This document shows positions 13,344 through 24,971 of a stretch of DNA of 64,000 bases, one piece after another (positions within the stretch are counted from its first letter, which is position 1; each line of letters starts with the position of its first letter). The DNA is taken from the NCBI GenBank assembly GCA_053919585.1, contig CM132788.1. The stretch is one strand, 5' to 3'. Both the position numbers and the translations under genes were made by a program. Source of the DNA: Euprymna scolopes (lineage: Eukaryota). The notes beneath the pieces were generated by a model that saw nothing but the letters and a program-made list of their open reading frames with translations, did no database searches and had not been told where the DNA came from.

Positions 13344-13698
13344 TGAGGGGCATTCCAAAAGTAATGCCTCTTATTATTTTATTCTGCCCGAATGGACCAG
13401 AGGGGATTGCAAATTGCATTATGACTGAACTTATGCATTCATGACCTGAAAGTTTAATCTCTCTGATGCAAATACTGACAGTGTGAGACTAAGAACGCAA
13501 CCCCTATCATGTGTCAGAAGCAAACCCATATCATTGAATTTCTAGTAAAAGTGCACTAAGAATGGTGGTGTCTATGTAGAAAAATATCTTTTGAAGCACA
13601 AAAGGTCACTCGTTTTATTGGTATAATTCCTGTCTTCATAGCTTTTCAACTTTTGAGTTAAAAAATATAATGAAGCTTTACTTTTGGAACAACCCTCA
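13344..13698 (+). mobile_element. Internally deleted mariner element (MITE-like)
   Basis: TIRs TGAGGGGCATTCCAAAAGTAATGCCTC and GAAGCTTTACTTTTGGAACAACCCTCA followed by TA; retains the transposase C-terminus CTKNGGVYVEK. Confidence 0.8.
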
Positions 13699-14002
13699 TA
13701 CTCTGAATATAAGATATTCTTTTAAATATCACAACAAAAATCTTCCACAATTAAAACTGTAGTTATAACCAGAAAAATTTTAAATGTTACATTTGTTTTA
13801 ATTATTAAGTTTTAAAGAAATTAAAAAAAAAAAATAGGAACCCAAAAATTAAAATAAGTAAATATACTTATATGAATCTAAATATCATTTATCAACTATC
13901 TGGTATTTAATTTGGTTAAACAACAATAATATTCAACAATATTAATAAGTTATCTAATTTCACTTTCAATTCTAAATTGCAGCTTTTTTCTGGAAAAAAA
14001 AA

Positions 14003-14441
14003 ATCCTCCTCTATACTTTAATAACACAAAATGTGTTAAAATATACAATAGGTTTGAGTTTTTGATGAAAAATTGTTTTAATTGTTCTAATTAGTTGTAA
14101 CTTATAATTAAACAAGTCACCGATTTCTCCATTAGCAAACCATGTATTTTTATTGACTCACTGTTTATTTAACTACTTTATAATATTTCTTAATGTCTCT
14201 AAACATTTAAAGAAACATTGAATTTACAGGACTATACACAAAAACTTATGTATATAGATGAGAAAATAAGACTCTTTACTTCTATATAATAATACTGCTG
14301 CTGATGATGATGATATAGAAGTAAAACAACTTATTTTTTGTGAAGATATTTTTCTTGCATATACCACAATTCATGAATGAAATCAAAGTAGAATAAATTA
14401 ATGAAAGTAATTGTGACCCGATGGGTCATGGGTATGTCTAG
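14003..14441 (+). mobile_element. Non-autonomous Helitron related to sequence at about 10525-11300
   Basis: Hairpin TGACCC-GAT-GGGTCA plus CTAG then T at 14414-14442; shares TGTTTTAATTGTTCTAATTAGTTGTAAC and TACTTCTATATAATAATA with 11006-11250. Confidence 0.55.
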
Positions 14442-16059
14442 TGTTTTATAATTCTCCAAGATACTTTCACTCTTACTTGAGAAAGAAAAAAATGTTTAAA
14501 GTTAATAAAAAATAAGAAAAGGTATTAAAGTTTGCATAGAAAAGGACATTGCAATAATGTTTTGAATATGAAAAAATATTCTATTTCTCAGCATATAAAA
14601 TGGTGAGATCTTTGTCACAAAGGGAAGTTCTAGTTTGTATTCAGAAGTTTGATGGAACTCTTGCACTTATATCTTGCAGACACTTCCACACCATAAGACC
14701 ATGTGATGAAAAATATAAGATATCAAAGTGAAAAGCTAATTGAATAATATAAGATAGCTTTGTCAATGCTAAAAAGCACACTTGGAAATTCAACCATTCT
14801 AAAAACTTGCATGTTTATTCAAAGATTGTAATAATCTCTTAATGCAAGTTTTTCCACAAGAGATTAACTCTTTTTCAAATAATCGGTACGAAACCCATTT
14901 GCTCTCAAGTATGCAAGCTGCTACTACTACTATTCAACTATGATTTCATATTAAACAATACAATGGACAAGTAAACAAAATAATAAAGAATACCCACACG
15001 ATTTTACTCATATATAGCAGACTACACATTTATTTAGTTAAAAAAGGCAAAAAGTTATAGTCCATTGATTAAAAATGAGTGTTTTATGCCTAATTGATGG
15101 TTAAATGTATGCTCATTTTTACATTAAATACTAATCCTTATTAATCCATAATCGTACACCAAATAGATACCATAATAGTTAGTTCAATGCATCATATAAC
15201 AAATATACATAAAAAAAATTTCAACCAGATCAACCCAGTAGTTTTCAAGAAAAAGTGGAACAAAGAGAAATATAATCTAGATATTTGTTAGTTTTGTATC
15301 TTATAAAATACTAACATTTACAAAGAGGAGCTCATATCCATATTAACAAAGTATTTTAATTTTTGACACTATACACCATTAAACAAATCTTAATTTCATC
15401 TTATTAAATGGAGACTTGGTATGTGCGTTGCTTTTTCATACTAATGAATCACTGCTTATGAAAGCCCAAAGGTCACTTGAGGATACGGGTGCATATCTCA
15501 GGGGTCAAAATATGTTTAAAAAAATTTTAAGATCTCAAAAGAGTATGAATATTTTAGTGTTGATGCTATACCAGCTTACGTTTCCATGAACTTTCAATTT
15601 TATTAACTTGTTTGAATTACTTGTATTGCTCAAATATTTGTAAGTACTTCACAGAAAGCCCCCACCCCCACCCACCCTGCAGTGTCTTATGCAGTTGGCA
15701 AAAGTTTTGCATCTTCTTTCTACATTAATGATATCAAAGTAGTTTGGATACTTGATTGAATGAATACTGATTATGAGAGAATTTAAAGTCTTATTCGGTT
15801 GATACTTATTTTAGCCTATAAAGAGGTCAGGCTTTATTTGTCTCTCTCATTAGACATTAACTTTTTAGTTCTCATTGGTAAGGTACATAACATTATAAAA
15901 CTATACTTAACTTTAAAAGGAGTATTGCTTGTCTTACTGTTGGTAAATATACTTTGTGGTGAAAATAAAAAACAAGAAAAAAAAAAGAAAAAAGAATAAT
16001 AATGGTCTTAACCCCCCCCCCCTCCACTCCCCCAAATCACAAGGTACAACTAACTGATT

Positions 16060-17400
16060 TCATTCATGGAAGAAAGGATTCCTCCAGCCTACCCTGCTGC
16101 TCCAGCAAACAGTCACTCCTCTTCCCAAGAGAACAAGCCAACCAAGGTCTTTCATCAAGGGGTTTGTGTAGGTGAGTGAGGGGCTCTTTTCTCATTTAGA
16201 TTTTCTGCTGAATTATTTGTTCTGTTCTGCTGAACATGCATATATTTTTTTTATCCTTAAATCCTATCTACATGAATTCTTGTTCACTTGTTATTTCTTT
16301 TATGGTTTATTTTTTCCACATTTGACATTGCTTTGTTTAGCACAAATGATGATTTCCAATGTTTGGTAATACATGCTCCAACTTTTACATTAGCATCTGG
16401 TTCTTAATTCTGAATATTTGTCAAGTTTTCTCTCATCTGCTGAAAAAATATTCTCTTAATGCTTAAACTCAATCTTTTTCCTTTACCTGAAAAAAAAAAA
16501 AAGAAAAAAAAAGATAATGTCAGGTTTTTCTGATGTTTTAATAAGATTTTCTGAAAATTCTTATTTCCATCCTAACACTACTTTTATCTTCCAATTAATT
16601 GTTTTAACTTGATGGCTGGATAGCATTTTGTCCGGATCTTTCTTACAATCTGACTTTGACAAATGTTATCGACTTTCTGGTAAAGATTTGTTGCATATTG
16701 CTACTTGAAATACATTTATGATTAGGGACAATACCTTTTGTGACACTACCTGTATCTAACTTCCCTTAGTATTTGGAGGTAATTACCGAGAATGTGATTT
16801 AACGGCCTCATACCTTTGCAAAGTAACAGGTGATTATCCTTGTCCTATTTATACAAGTTTACAGTGTTTGGTAGGACATGGTAAACTTGATTAATTAGAT
16901 GCACTTGAACTTCATAACATATATGTCTTGCCTCTTACTTTTTGTTGCATAACATCCTCCCATTTTGTATGTGCACACCATTCGCAGTTTGTTAAAGTGC
17001 AGCATCCCTTTTGTACCCTTCCCATTTCTTCTGGGATTCTCAGCCATATAGTTGTACCACTTACTAAGGAGGTAACAGATAACTTGCACTATCGCTACTG
17101 TTCCATGGATAACCACATGTTTCATCTTTTCCTTTGCAACCTGAAGATTTTTTTCCCCCCACTTTCCATCTTTTCTTTGTGCATATCGTGATGTTAGCTG
17201 AAGCAATTTTTGGATCCCTTGAAAGTTTGTATCAGACAAATCCTCATGTTTGTCTAAATTTGAACTCTTCTTGTAAACTTCTTAAGTTGCAGTGAGTTAG
17301 TTTTGCCGTAGGATGCTAGATTGCTCAAGCATGTTCAGATTCCCATTCACTGTTTCCAGCTTATTACCTCATGTTTGTTTGTCACCATTTGTGTGCAACA
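16060..17400 (-). mobile_element. Decayed HERO/NeSL-group RLE non-LTR retrotransposon, 3' part
   Basis: Minus-strand motifs in the expected order: GKW...AKEKMKHVVIHGTVA; LINQVYHVLPNTVNL; LC...LNHILG...RYR; NWKIKV; ENLIKTSEKPDII; ADERKLDKYSEL (PD-D/ExK endonuclease region). Confidence 0.8.
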
Positions 17401-18261
17401 TAGAGTTCACATCAAACTTGGTCAAAATATCAGTCATATTTTAACTTAGATTTAATTTGGTAATATCTAGATAAAAAAATGAAAGTCACATTTTTAGTAA
17501 TTTCAATTTTATTTATCCCAACTTAAACTATAGTGTAATTAATTAGGTCCCACATCTTATACGACCTTGATTACAAAACGTGCGAGCATGGTCGAAATTG
17601 ATAGAATTTAAACTTGCAATTTGTCCAAATTGGATATGTGGAACTAATGCTCTTTCATAACAGTAACCATCATGTAAACTTTCAGCCTGTTCTTTCCCTA
17701 CTAGATTGCAAAGTATAATCAAAGTTAAGAGATATTGCTACTGTGGTCGCAACAGGTTGGATTGATCCAGCTTCTTTTCTGGTCTGCACTACATGCCGAA
17801 CCATAGTGGCCAAATGCACAGGGTTCTGAAAAAGGTGGCTAACCAATCGTGATTCCTGCTGACTATCTGTGAACCCAAGTGCTCATTGATGGTTGTTGCC
17901 AAGATACTCAGCTGTTCACTGATATCCCTGCACCACTCATGTAAATAGAGAGGGTGGATTATGTTACAAATTAATTCTCCCAACAACCCCACAATAACCC
18001 AACTGGATGCGCATAAAGGGGAATTTAGGAGTCTTACTTAGAAAATCGACCTTTTGTCACACCCTGTCAAAAGAATGGTAGACCTTAGGTACACATTCTC
18101 TATAATAGTGCAATTCAGAGACTGCAGTCTTCCAACTTTTTAAGACACTAAAACTTAATGCGGATTTACATCAGAGTAATTTTATTAGCTTCTACGAGAA
18201 AAAAAAAAATCTATATTATTTAATTAATTGGAATTCTTATTGTGATGAGTAATTTGTATTA

Positions 18262-18712
18262 TTTATTTATTTATTTATTTGCAGACTATTATTCTCATCT
18301 TCTAGTAGTTGTTTCACAACGTTTCAGCCAACTATTCTTCTGGCCTTCATCAGGTGGTTAACTGCAACGGGATAGGAACAAAGAATCTCCTAACTGCATC
18401 CTCAGCAATTACTGCCTTCCATAGTTGCCGTCCATTTATCCATTTATTTATTGTGAACTATTATCCTCACCTTCTAGCAGTTGTTTCACAATGTTTTGGC
18501 CAACTAATCCTCTGACCTTCATCAAGTGGTTAACCGCGACGCATCAATAACTATGGAAGGGAGTAATTGCTGAGGATGCAGTTAAGAGATTCGGTGTTCC
18601 TATCCCGTCGAGGTTAACCACCCGAGGAAGGTCAGAGGAATAGTTGGCCGAAATGTCATGAAACAACTACTAGAAGATGAGCATAATAGTCTGCAATAAA
18701 TAAATGGATAAA
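18262..18712. mobile_element. Penelope-like element termini (pseudo-LTRs): two minus copies and one inverted plus copy, each with a minimal hammerhead motif
   Basis: About 18270-18425 is an inverted repeat of about 18549-18705, with a partial extra copy at 18432-18541. Minus strand 18357-18315 reads CCAC CTGATGA A GGCCA..TGGCT GAAA CG TT GTG. Confidence 0.7.
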
Positions 18713-20032
18713 GAAAAATTCTAAGTGAAAAGATTCATTCAGCAAACCAACACTAAGAATGTAAGTCGTTTGTAAATCAAAAAAACTATAATCACTGGAA
18801 CTTTAATTTTTCGACATTATAACAGTAATGATTATCCTTATAATATGACAGATTTCAAAGCACACAAATTATCACCTAAAGCTGGAACACAGTATTTCAA
18901 TTGTAAAAATGTAACTTTATTTGAATTTTTTTATAAAATTTTCAGTTACTTGAGCTTGTTTTCAAAATTATAACATCAAATGGAAATAAAATCAATAGAA
19001 ATTTTTAAGAGAAATTGATCACTAAAATATAAATCAAAGAAAGAAAGAATTATCTTTGGAGAATAACACTTTATTAACATGCTAATAATTCAAATCCTGA
19101 TTTCGGAATCAAAGATTAATCCGGCTTCTTTATGGCCAGTAAGTTTTATGGTCATTGTTGTTTTGGGTTGTTTTTGTTATCAAATTATTTTTTTAATATG
19201 ATTTTGAAAGTTAAATTTAATTAGTACAGTATTGTTTGGTCATTAACTTATTACTTGAATCAAATTGTTATTAAACTAATTTTATTAAGACAATGTTGTT
19301 CAAATTGCTTTAAAAATTATTGGGTGTAAATAGTTCCAAAATATTCAATTTTATAATTAAATGAGGATTTACTACAAATTTTAAAGCCGGAAATGATTTT
19401 CTATTTGACAATCTAAATGCTTCTAAATTTCTTGTAATATATATATTTTTTCAATTTGATCAAAATAACTTCAAAAGATTAAGATGGAGCTTCTTTTCAA
19501 AGAAATTAAAATGCATTACAGGTAATTTAAAATTAAGTCTATGTTTTATTTAATATTTAAAAAAATAATTCTAATTATGTTATTGCACATTTTTTTTTAT
19601 TTCGATAGTTGAATAGTAAATAAAAATAAATAATAATGTGTAAGAGAAACGCAAGAAGTTGTCACATAATTCTATTAATATAACAAATTACAATTGAAAA
19701 CGAGGTGTATCAATTATTTGTATGTGTTCAATATTTGTATATGCATATGTCAAATCTACACACAGGATATTAAAAGTATAAAAACAATGTTAAAACCTAC
19801 AATATTTTTGGATGAAGTTTATAGTTGTTCACTTATTAAGTATAAAAAAAATGTCTTTTTCCCTCCTTTTCACTATTAGATAAGATTGTCAATCACATAC
19901 ACAAAAAAAAATTGGAAAACTTTAAAAAGTATAAGTGAAAAAGAAAAACTAAATATATATATATATATATAGGAGCCTTGACTGCCGTACAAACGGTCGG
20001 GTTTCAATCCTGGCTTGAGGTAGTTGCCTGTC

Positions 20033-20086
20033 TAGCCGCACTGATGAGCTGTGAAACAGCGAAACAGTACTGTATGTGGATGACTA
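20033..20086 (+). ncRNA. Type I hammerhead ribozyme, copy 1 (predicted cleavage after 20074)
   Basis: TAG-CCGCA CTGATGA GCTG(TGAAA)CAGC GAAA CAG(TA)CTG TA^ TGTGG-ATGA-CTA: intact core, stems I to III, GUA cleavage triplet. Confidence 0.92.
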
Positions 20087-20235
20087 TAGTGCTCCTCACC
20101 TTGAGTTGAGCATATTGAGAAGTGAAAAAACGAATTACCATTAGCATATAAGCGACGCTCTTTGTGTAAACAAATCGAGCGGAGGTATTTCAGACGATAT
20201 CAAAAACATCGTTAAACTCACTACTCGTTCAAGCA

Positions 20236-20307
20236 GCCGCCAATAGCGTAATGGTTAGGAGCCTTGACTGCCGTACAAACGGTCGGGTTTCAATCCTGGC
20301 TTGAGGT
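20236..20307 (+). promoter_or_regulatory. tRNA-derived head with Pol III A/B boxes (also 20522-20593; 5'-truncated copy at 19970-20021)
   Basis: 72 nt; A box TAGCGTAATGG (20244-20254), B-box-like GGTTTCAATCC (20286-20296) in T-arm GTCGGG/CCTGGC, anticodon-loop-like CT-GCC-GT. The acceptor stem is broken, so it is not a functional tRNA. Confidence 0.75.
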
Positions 20308-20318
20308 AGTTGCCTGTC

Positions 20319-20372
20319 TAGCCGCACTGATGAGCTGTGAAACAGCGAAACAGTACTGTATGCGGATGACTA
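20319..20372 (+). ncRNA. Type I hammerhead ribozyme, copy 2 (predicted cleavage after 20360)
   Basis: Same as copy 1 but with a fully Watson-Crick stem I, CCGCA/TGCGG. Confidence 0.92.
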
Positions 20373-20604
20373 TAGTGCTCCTCACCTTGAGTTGAGCATA
20401 TTGAGAAGTGAAAAAACGAATTACCATTAGCATATAAGCGACGCTCTTTGTGTAAACAAATCGAGCGGAGGTATTTCAGACGATATCAAAAACATCATTA
20501 AACTCACTACTCGTTCAAGCAGCCGCCAATAGCGTAATGGTTAGGAGCCTTGACTGCCGTACAAACGGTCGGGTTTCAATCCTGGCTTGAGGTAGTTGCC
20601 TGTC

Positions 20605-20653
20605 TAGCCGCACTGATGAGCTGTGAAACAGCGAAACAGTACTGTATGTGGAT

Positions 20654-20658
<5 letters not shown>
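20605..20658 (+). ncRNA. Type I hammerhead ribozyme, copy 3 (predicted cleavage after 20646)
   Basis: Identical to copy 1; the array ends just after stem I. Confidence 0.92.
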
Positions 20659-20697
<39 letters not shown>

Positions 20698-22069
20698 CTA
20701 GCCCAAATTTATTACCATTAAAGTTAAACAGATAAAGAAATGTTAATAATACTAACAAAGTTATGATTTTCTGAGAGTTAACATTAAAAGGACAGGAAAC
20801 AATATGAAGAAAATATTATCTAAATGACATGTCTATGACCGATAAAAGACTGACCCCTAGTTCGATTTAATCATGAAACCTAATTTCATCTAAAATGGCT
20901 CCTAAATAAGATGGACAGTTCAAAGATGAAAGAACTAATGATATTTTTATATGAAATTACAATAATTAGATTTGTAAATGAATTTATCATACAATAACAA
21001 AATATGATACAGTCAAGTCAGTTTAAAGTTCCTATATTGGGAGTGAATAAATTCTGGTTCTTCCTGTAAAGATTTCACCCTTTCCATTGTATGTTCAGTC
21101 TCCATTTAAAAAAGAAGAAAAAAAAAAGAACATTTCCAATAATCAATCCTACAGTTCATATGTGTAATCGTTAAATTTAAAGTATATAATAAATTTTGTT
21201 TTGGGGGCATTTATTAAACACTGAAGTCAACATTGAATAGTTTTTAATAAAATTGCTAAAACATTGCTTTATGGATTATTAGTGGGACCCATGTTCTAGC
21301 ACTGGCCAGGGATAATTGAGAAAACCAAGGAATTCCTTTCATCTCTGAAGTCCATATTACTATTTTGACTTTTTACTATGATTATATATTTTAAAACTAT
21401 AACTGAGCCCCCAAAATCAACAGAGATTAGACCATTCCTGTAATGACCTGGTCCCTGTTGATTTTGTGGTGGGTGTTTGGTTCTGTGCAGTTCTAGGAGC
21501 TCTGCCCTCCCAGGCCCTGCTTTCTCTATTTGAAAAAGAGTTAATTGCCTTGGGCGCCCTCACCAGAGAATGTCGACGGGACTGGCTAGGCACTTTTTGC
21601 AGTTTGCAGGTCAGAGTGCCTCTCTTCTGGGGCACTAACTTTACAATCTCTATGTCAAACATCGATTCAGTTTGAGATTTTAAATTAAAATTTTGGTCAA
21701 ATCCTACTTAAGTCACTGAAATTAGTAAACTGTAAGCATAATGTATTTTAAATTAGGATGTATAATGTCCGGTATGCGGATTCAAATTTATATTCTTCTT
21801 AAATCTATTTTTGTGCAGTTAGTAAGCATGGAAAAAAATATATTTGGTTTCAGTTGCTGAAACAAATTCATGACAACGACCATTTCAACAGTGTCAATAT
21901 ATAAATTGGGAATTTCTTTTACCAAATGATATTCTGAAAAAAGTATATTCTTTATATAAATCTGTATTTTATAAGGAGAAATTGATAAGAACTTACATTA
22001 GAAAATTAGTTGTCATGTGGAAATGTTAGATATAGCTGGGCAACGCTGAAAGTATTGCTAGTCGACAAT

Positions 22070-22698
22070 TGTTATGATCGTTGTAATATTTGTAAAAATA
22101 GTATGTTATCCTCGCAAAATAAATATTTACAGAGAAAATTGTTTATGTTAAGATGGTAAATAAATTAAAGAATGTAGAACGTAAACAATATTTTCAAATA
22201 GATTGACCTCTAGAGTCTGACAACTCTTACATAGAAGTCATTTTAAAGTAACATGGATTTTGGGTAGAGTTTTGGGAAAAGATATGATTTGATCAGTCAG
22301 AGATCGGGAGAGAAAGAGAGAGAGCAGACTCAAGAGTGAGAGAGAGCGGATCAGGTCGGACAGTGATGACTCCCAGTAGAAGGGATCAAAATGCATTATT
22401 CTAGGACCAGCAGCAGCTTTCTAATGGGGAGACATCGGAAATAAAAGGTTGCTGAAGAGACAGCTTGAGATTTGCTGATTCACCGGGAAGAGTCTTCTTT
22501 GCAGCTGTTCTCGAGGATCAGGCAAACAAGATTAGGGATGGACCTGGTATGTTTCTCCAATTGGTCCAATGTTACAACCCCAGAGAGCTGTTATTTGTCT
22601 CTTTTGTTACAAATCCATTTTTATACATTACTAGACATTATATGTATTAGACACACGTACATAATATATACACCCCTCCATATCATACAGAACACCCA
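22070..22698. mobile_element. Candidate solo LTR
   Basis: TG...CA termini flanked by a 5-bp direct repeat ACAAT (22065-22069, 22699-22703); composition differs from the flanks; internal AATAAA. Confidence 0.45.
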
Positions 22699-24124
22699 AC
22701 AATACAACAGAAATGTTTTAATTGAGCTAACCCTGAACATTGCTAAAATATAGTATGAAATATCTAACAAATATATATATTTATAATGCCATCTTTAAAA
22801 GAATACTTCACCAAGTGGTGTTGCAAAGTATAATAGAGTGGGAGAATAACTGAGAAGCCCAAGTGTTACGTAATTTTTTTTAGATGAACACTTTATATAT
22901 ACACAAGTATAACATATACGTGTTAGATTACCTATACAACGCATACATTTACTAGCCAACACCAGACATGTATATACAGACCCTGGCTATGCAACACAAG
23001 TTAGCCAATTTCAGATTCCCTTACAGCATTTTTAATGTATAACTGATGACGAATTAATAATTTTATTTAGTTAAAAGGTAAAACATTTGACCTGTAGATA
23101 TGAAATAAAGTAGCCATGCTCATCGACCATAAAATGTTTCGGATAATAACATATTTCAAGGTAGTTCTACTAAAATAGTCATATTTTAAAAACAAAAGCA
23201 TTAAGTCGTCAAAATATCACCATTTAAGATATTCTTTCACAAATCATAATGTACATACTCTTTTTTTATCAAATTCATGCTGAAAATGTTATATTATGAA
23301 ACGGCAATTTTGTGGATGATTTCCTTTTAATCCACTAGTCATTTAAAAGCTTATTACCATTCTCCTACAAAGAATTTGGTCATGAAATTTGGAAACCTAT
23401 CAGGAGAAACCTTACTTTCAATCTTTTTTCAGGGAGGGGGGTACAAAATAAACTGGCCTATTCCTTTTTGTTGTCTTAAAAATAAAAGATCAACATAATG
23501 ATGAGTATTGAACATTTTAAAAATATATTTATTGTACAACTACTATTAAGTAAATCAATCTTTCTCTCTTTATATCCATTAATATTATAATTGTATGCTG
23601 TTTTCTCTTTTCATAGTATCAATTTTAAATTATCTTAAAAAAAATTATATTCATTTCACTGTTTTGACTGTTTTACTAAAACTAACATCAGCATAATCTG
23701 CTTATAAAGCTATCGATATTTCATTTGCACGCTTAAAAATTTTTTTTTTTTGCTAAAAATTTGAGTTAATACCACTTGTGGTTCTTTTATAAAATAGTGG
23801 ATCCTTTGAGAAATACTCGACTTTCCAATTTTAATTCTTTCTAGTAGTCAATTAAAAAAAAAAATTCTATTTTAGCCGATTATGTGTGAATGCGCTAAAA
23901 ATCTTGGCATAGAAAAAAAAAATGATTTAATGGGAGATCAGTTTCATGTATGAATTTTATGTAAAATGATCCCTCATTTCTCAACCAACCGTGGACTTTT
24001 AATCTTTGGTACTTCCATTGTCCTCTGGTCTTAATAAGCTATGACCCACCAGTACTACCCACTATATGTGACAGAAGACACTTGGGCTAACCCTCAGTAC
24101 AACAATGTTATTGTAAACTTAAAT

Positions 24125-24971
24125 NNNNNNNNNNNNNNNNNNNNNNNNNNNNNNNNNNNNNNNNNNNNNNNNNNNNNNNNNNNNNNNNNNNNNNNNNNNN
24201 NNNNNNNNNNNNNNNNNNNNNNNNNNNNNNNNNNNNNNNNNNNNNNNNNNNNNNNNNNNNNNNNNNNNNNNNNNNNNNNNNNNNNNNNNNNNNNNNNNNN
24301 NNNNNNNNNNNNNNNNNNNNNNNNNNNNNNNNNNNNNNNNNNNNNNNNNNNNNNNNNNNNNNNNNNNNNNNNNNNNNNNNNNNNNNNNNNNNNNNNNNNN
24401 NNNNNNNNNNNNNNNNNNNNNNNNNNNNNNNNNNNNNNNNNNNNNNNNNNNNNNNNNNNNNNNNNNNNNNNNNNNNNNNNNNNNNNNNNNNNNNNNNNNN
24501 NNNNNNNNNNNNNNNNNNNNNNNNNNNNNNNNNNNNNNNNNNNNNNNNNNNNNNNNNNNNNNNNNNNNNNNNNNNNNNNNNNNNNNNNNNNNNNNNNNNN
24601 NNNNNNNNNNNNNNNNNNNNNNNNNNNNNNNNNNNNNNNNNNNNNNNNNNNNNNNNNNNNNNNNNNNNNNNNNNNNNNNNNNNNNNNNNNNNNNNNNNNN
24701 NNNNNNNNNNNNNNNNNNNNNNNNNNNNNNNNNNNNNNNNNNNNNNNNNNNNNNNNNNNNNNNNNNNNNNNNNNNNNNNNNNNNNNNNNNNNNNNNNNNN
24801 NNNNNNNNNNNNNNNNNNNNNNNNNNNNNNNNNNNNNNNNNNNNNNNNNNNNNNNNNNNNNNNNNNNNNNNNNNNNNNNNNNNNNNNNNNNNNNNNNNNN
24901 NNNNNNNNNNNNNNNNNNNNNNNNNNNNNNNNNNNNNNNNNNNNNNNNNNNNNNNNNNNNNNNNNNNNNNN
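24125..24971. other. Assembly gap
   Basis: N run; the ORFs spanning it are artefacts. Confidence 1.

Larger units (their letters stand above)
19970..20660 (+). mobile_element. Tandem array (2.4 x 286 bp) of a tRNA-derived, hammerhead-containing retrozyme/SINE inserted in (TA)n
   Basis: Units start at 19971, 20257 and 20543; only two variable positions noticed among copies; (TA)n on both sides. Confidence 0.9.

Noticed and set aside
16380-16490. Apparent minus-strand splice acceptor and host exon
   Set aside because: All frames close quickly; the sequence is the HERO endonuclease region with an expanded homopolymer.
20236-20307. Functional tRNA-Gly(GCC) gene
   Set aside because: Acceptor, D and anticodon stems are imperfect; better explained as a tRNA-derived promoter head.
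19970-20660. CRISPR-like array (also considered for 32570-33340)
   Set aside because: Whole units repeat with no unique spacers, and the context is eukaryotic.
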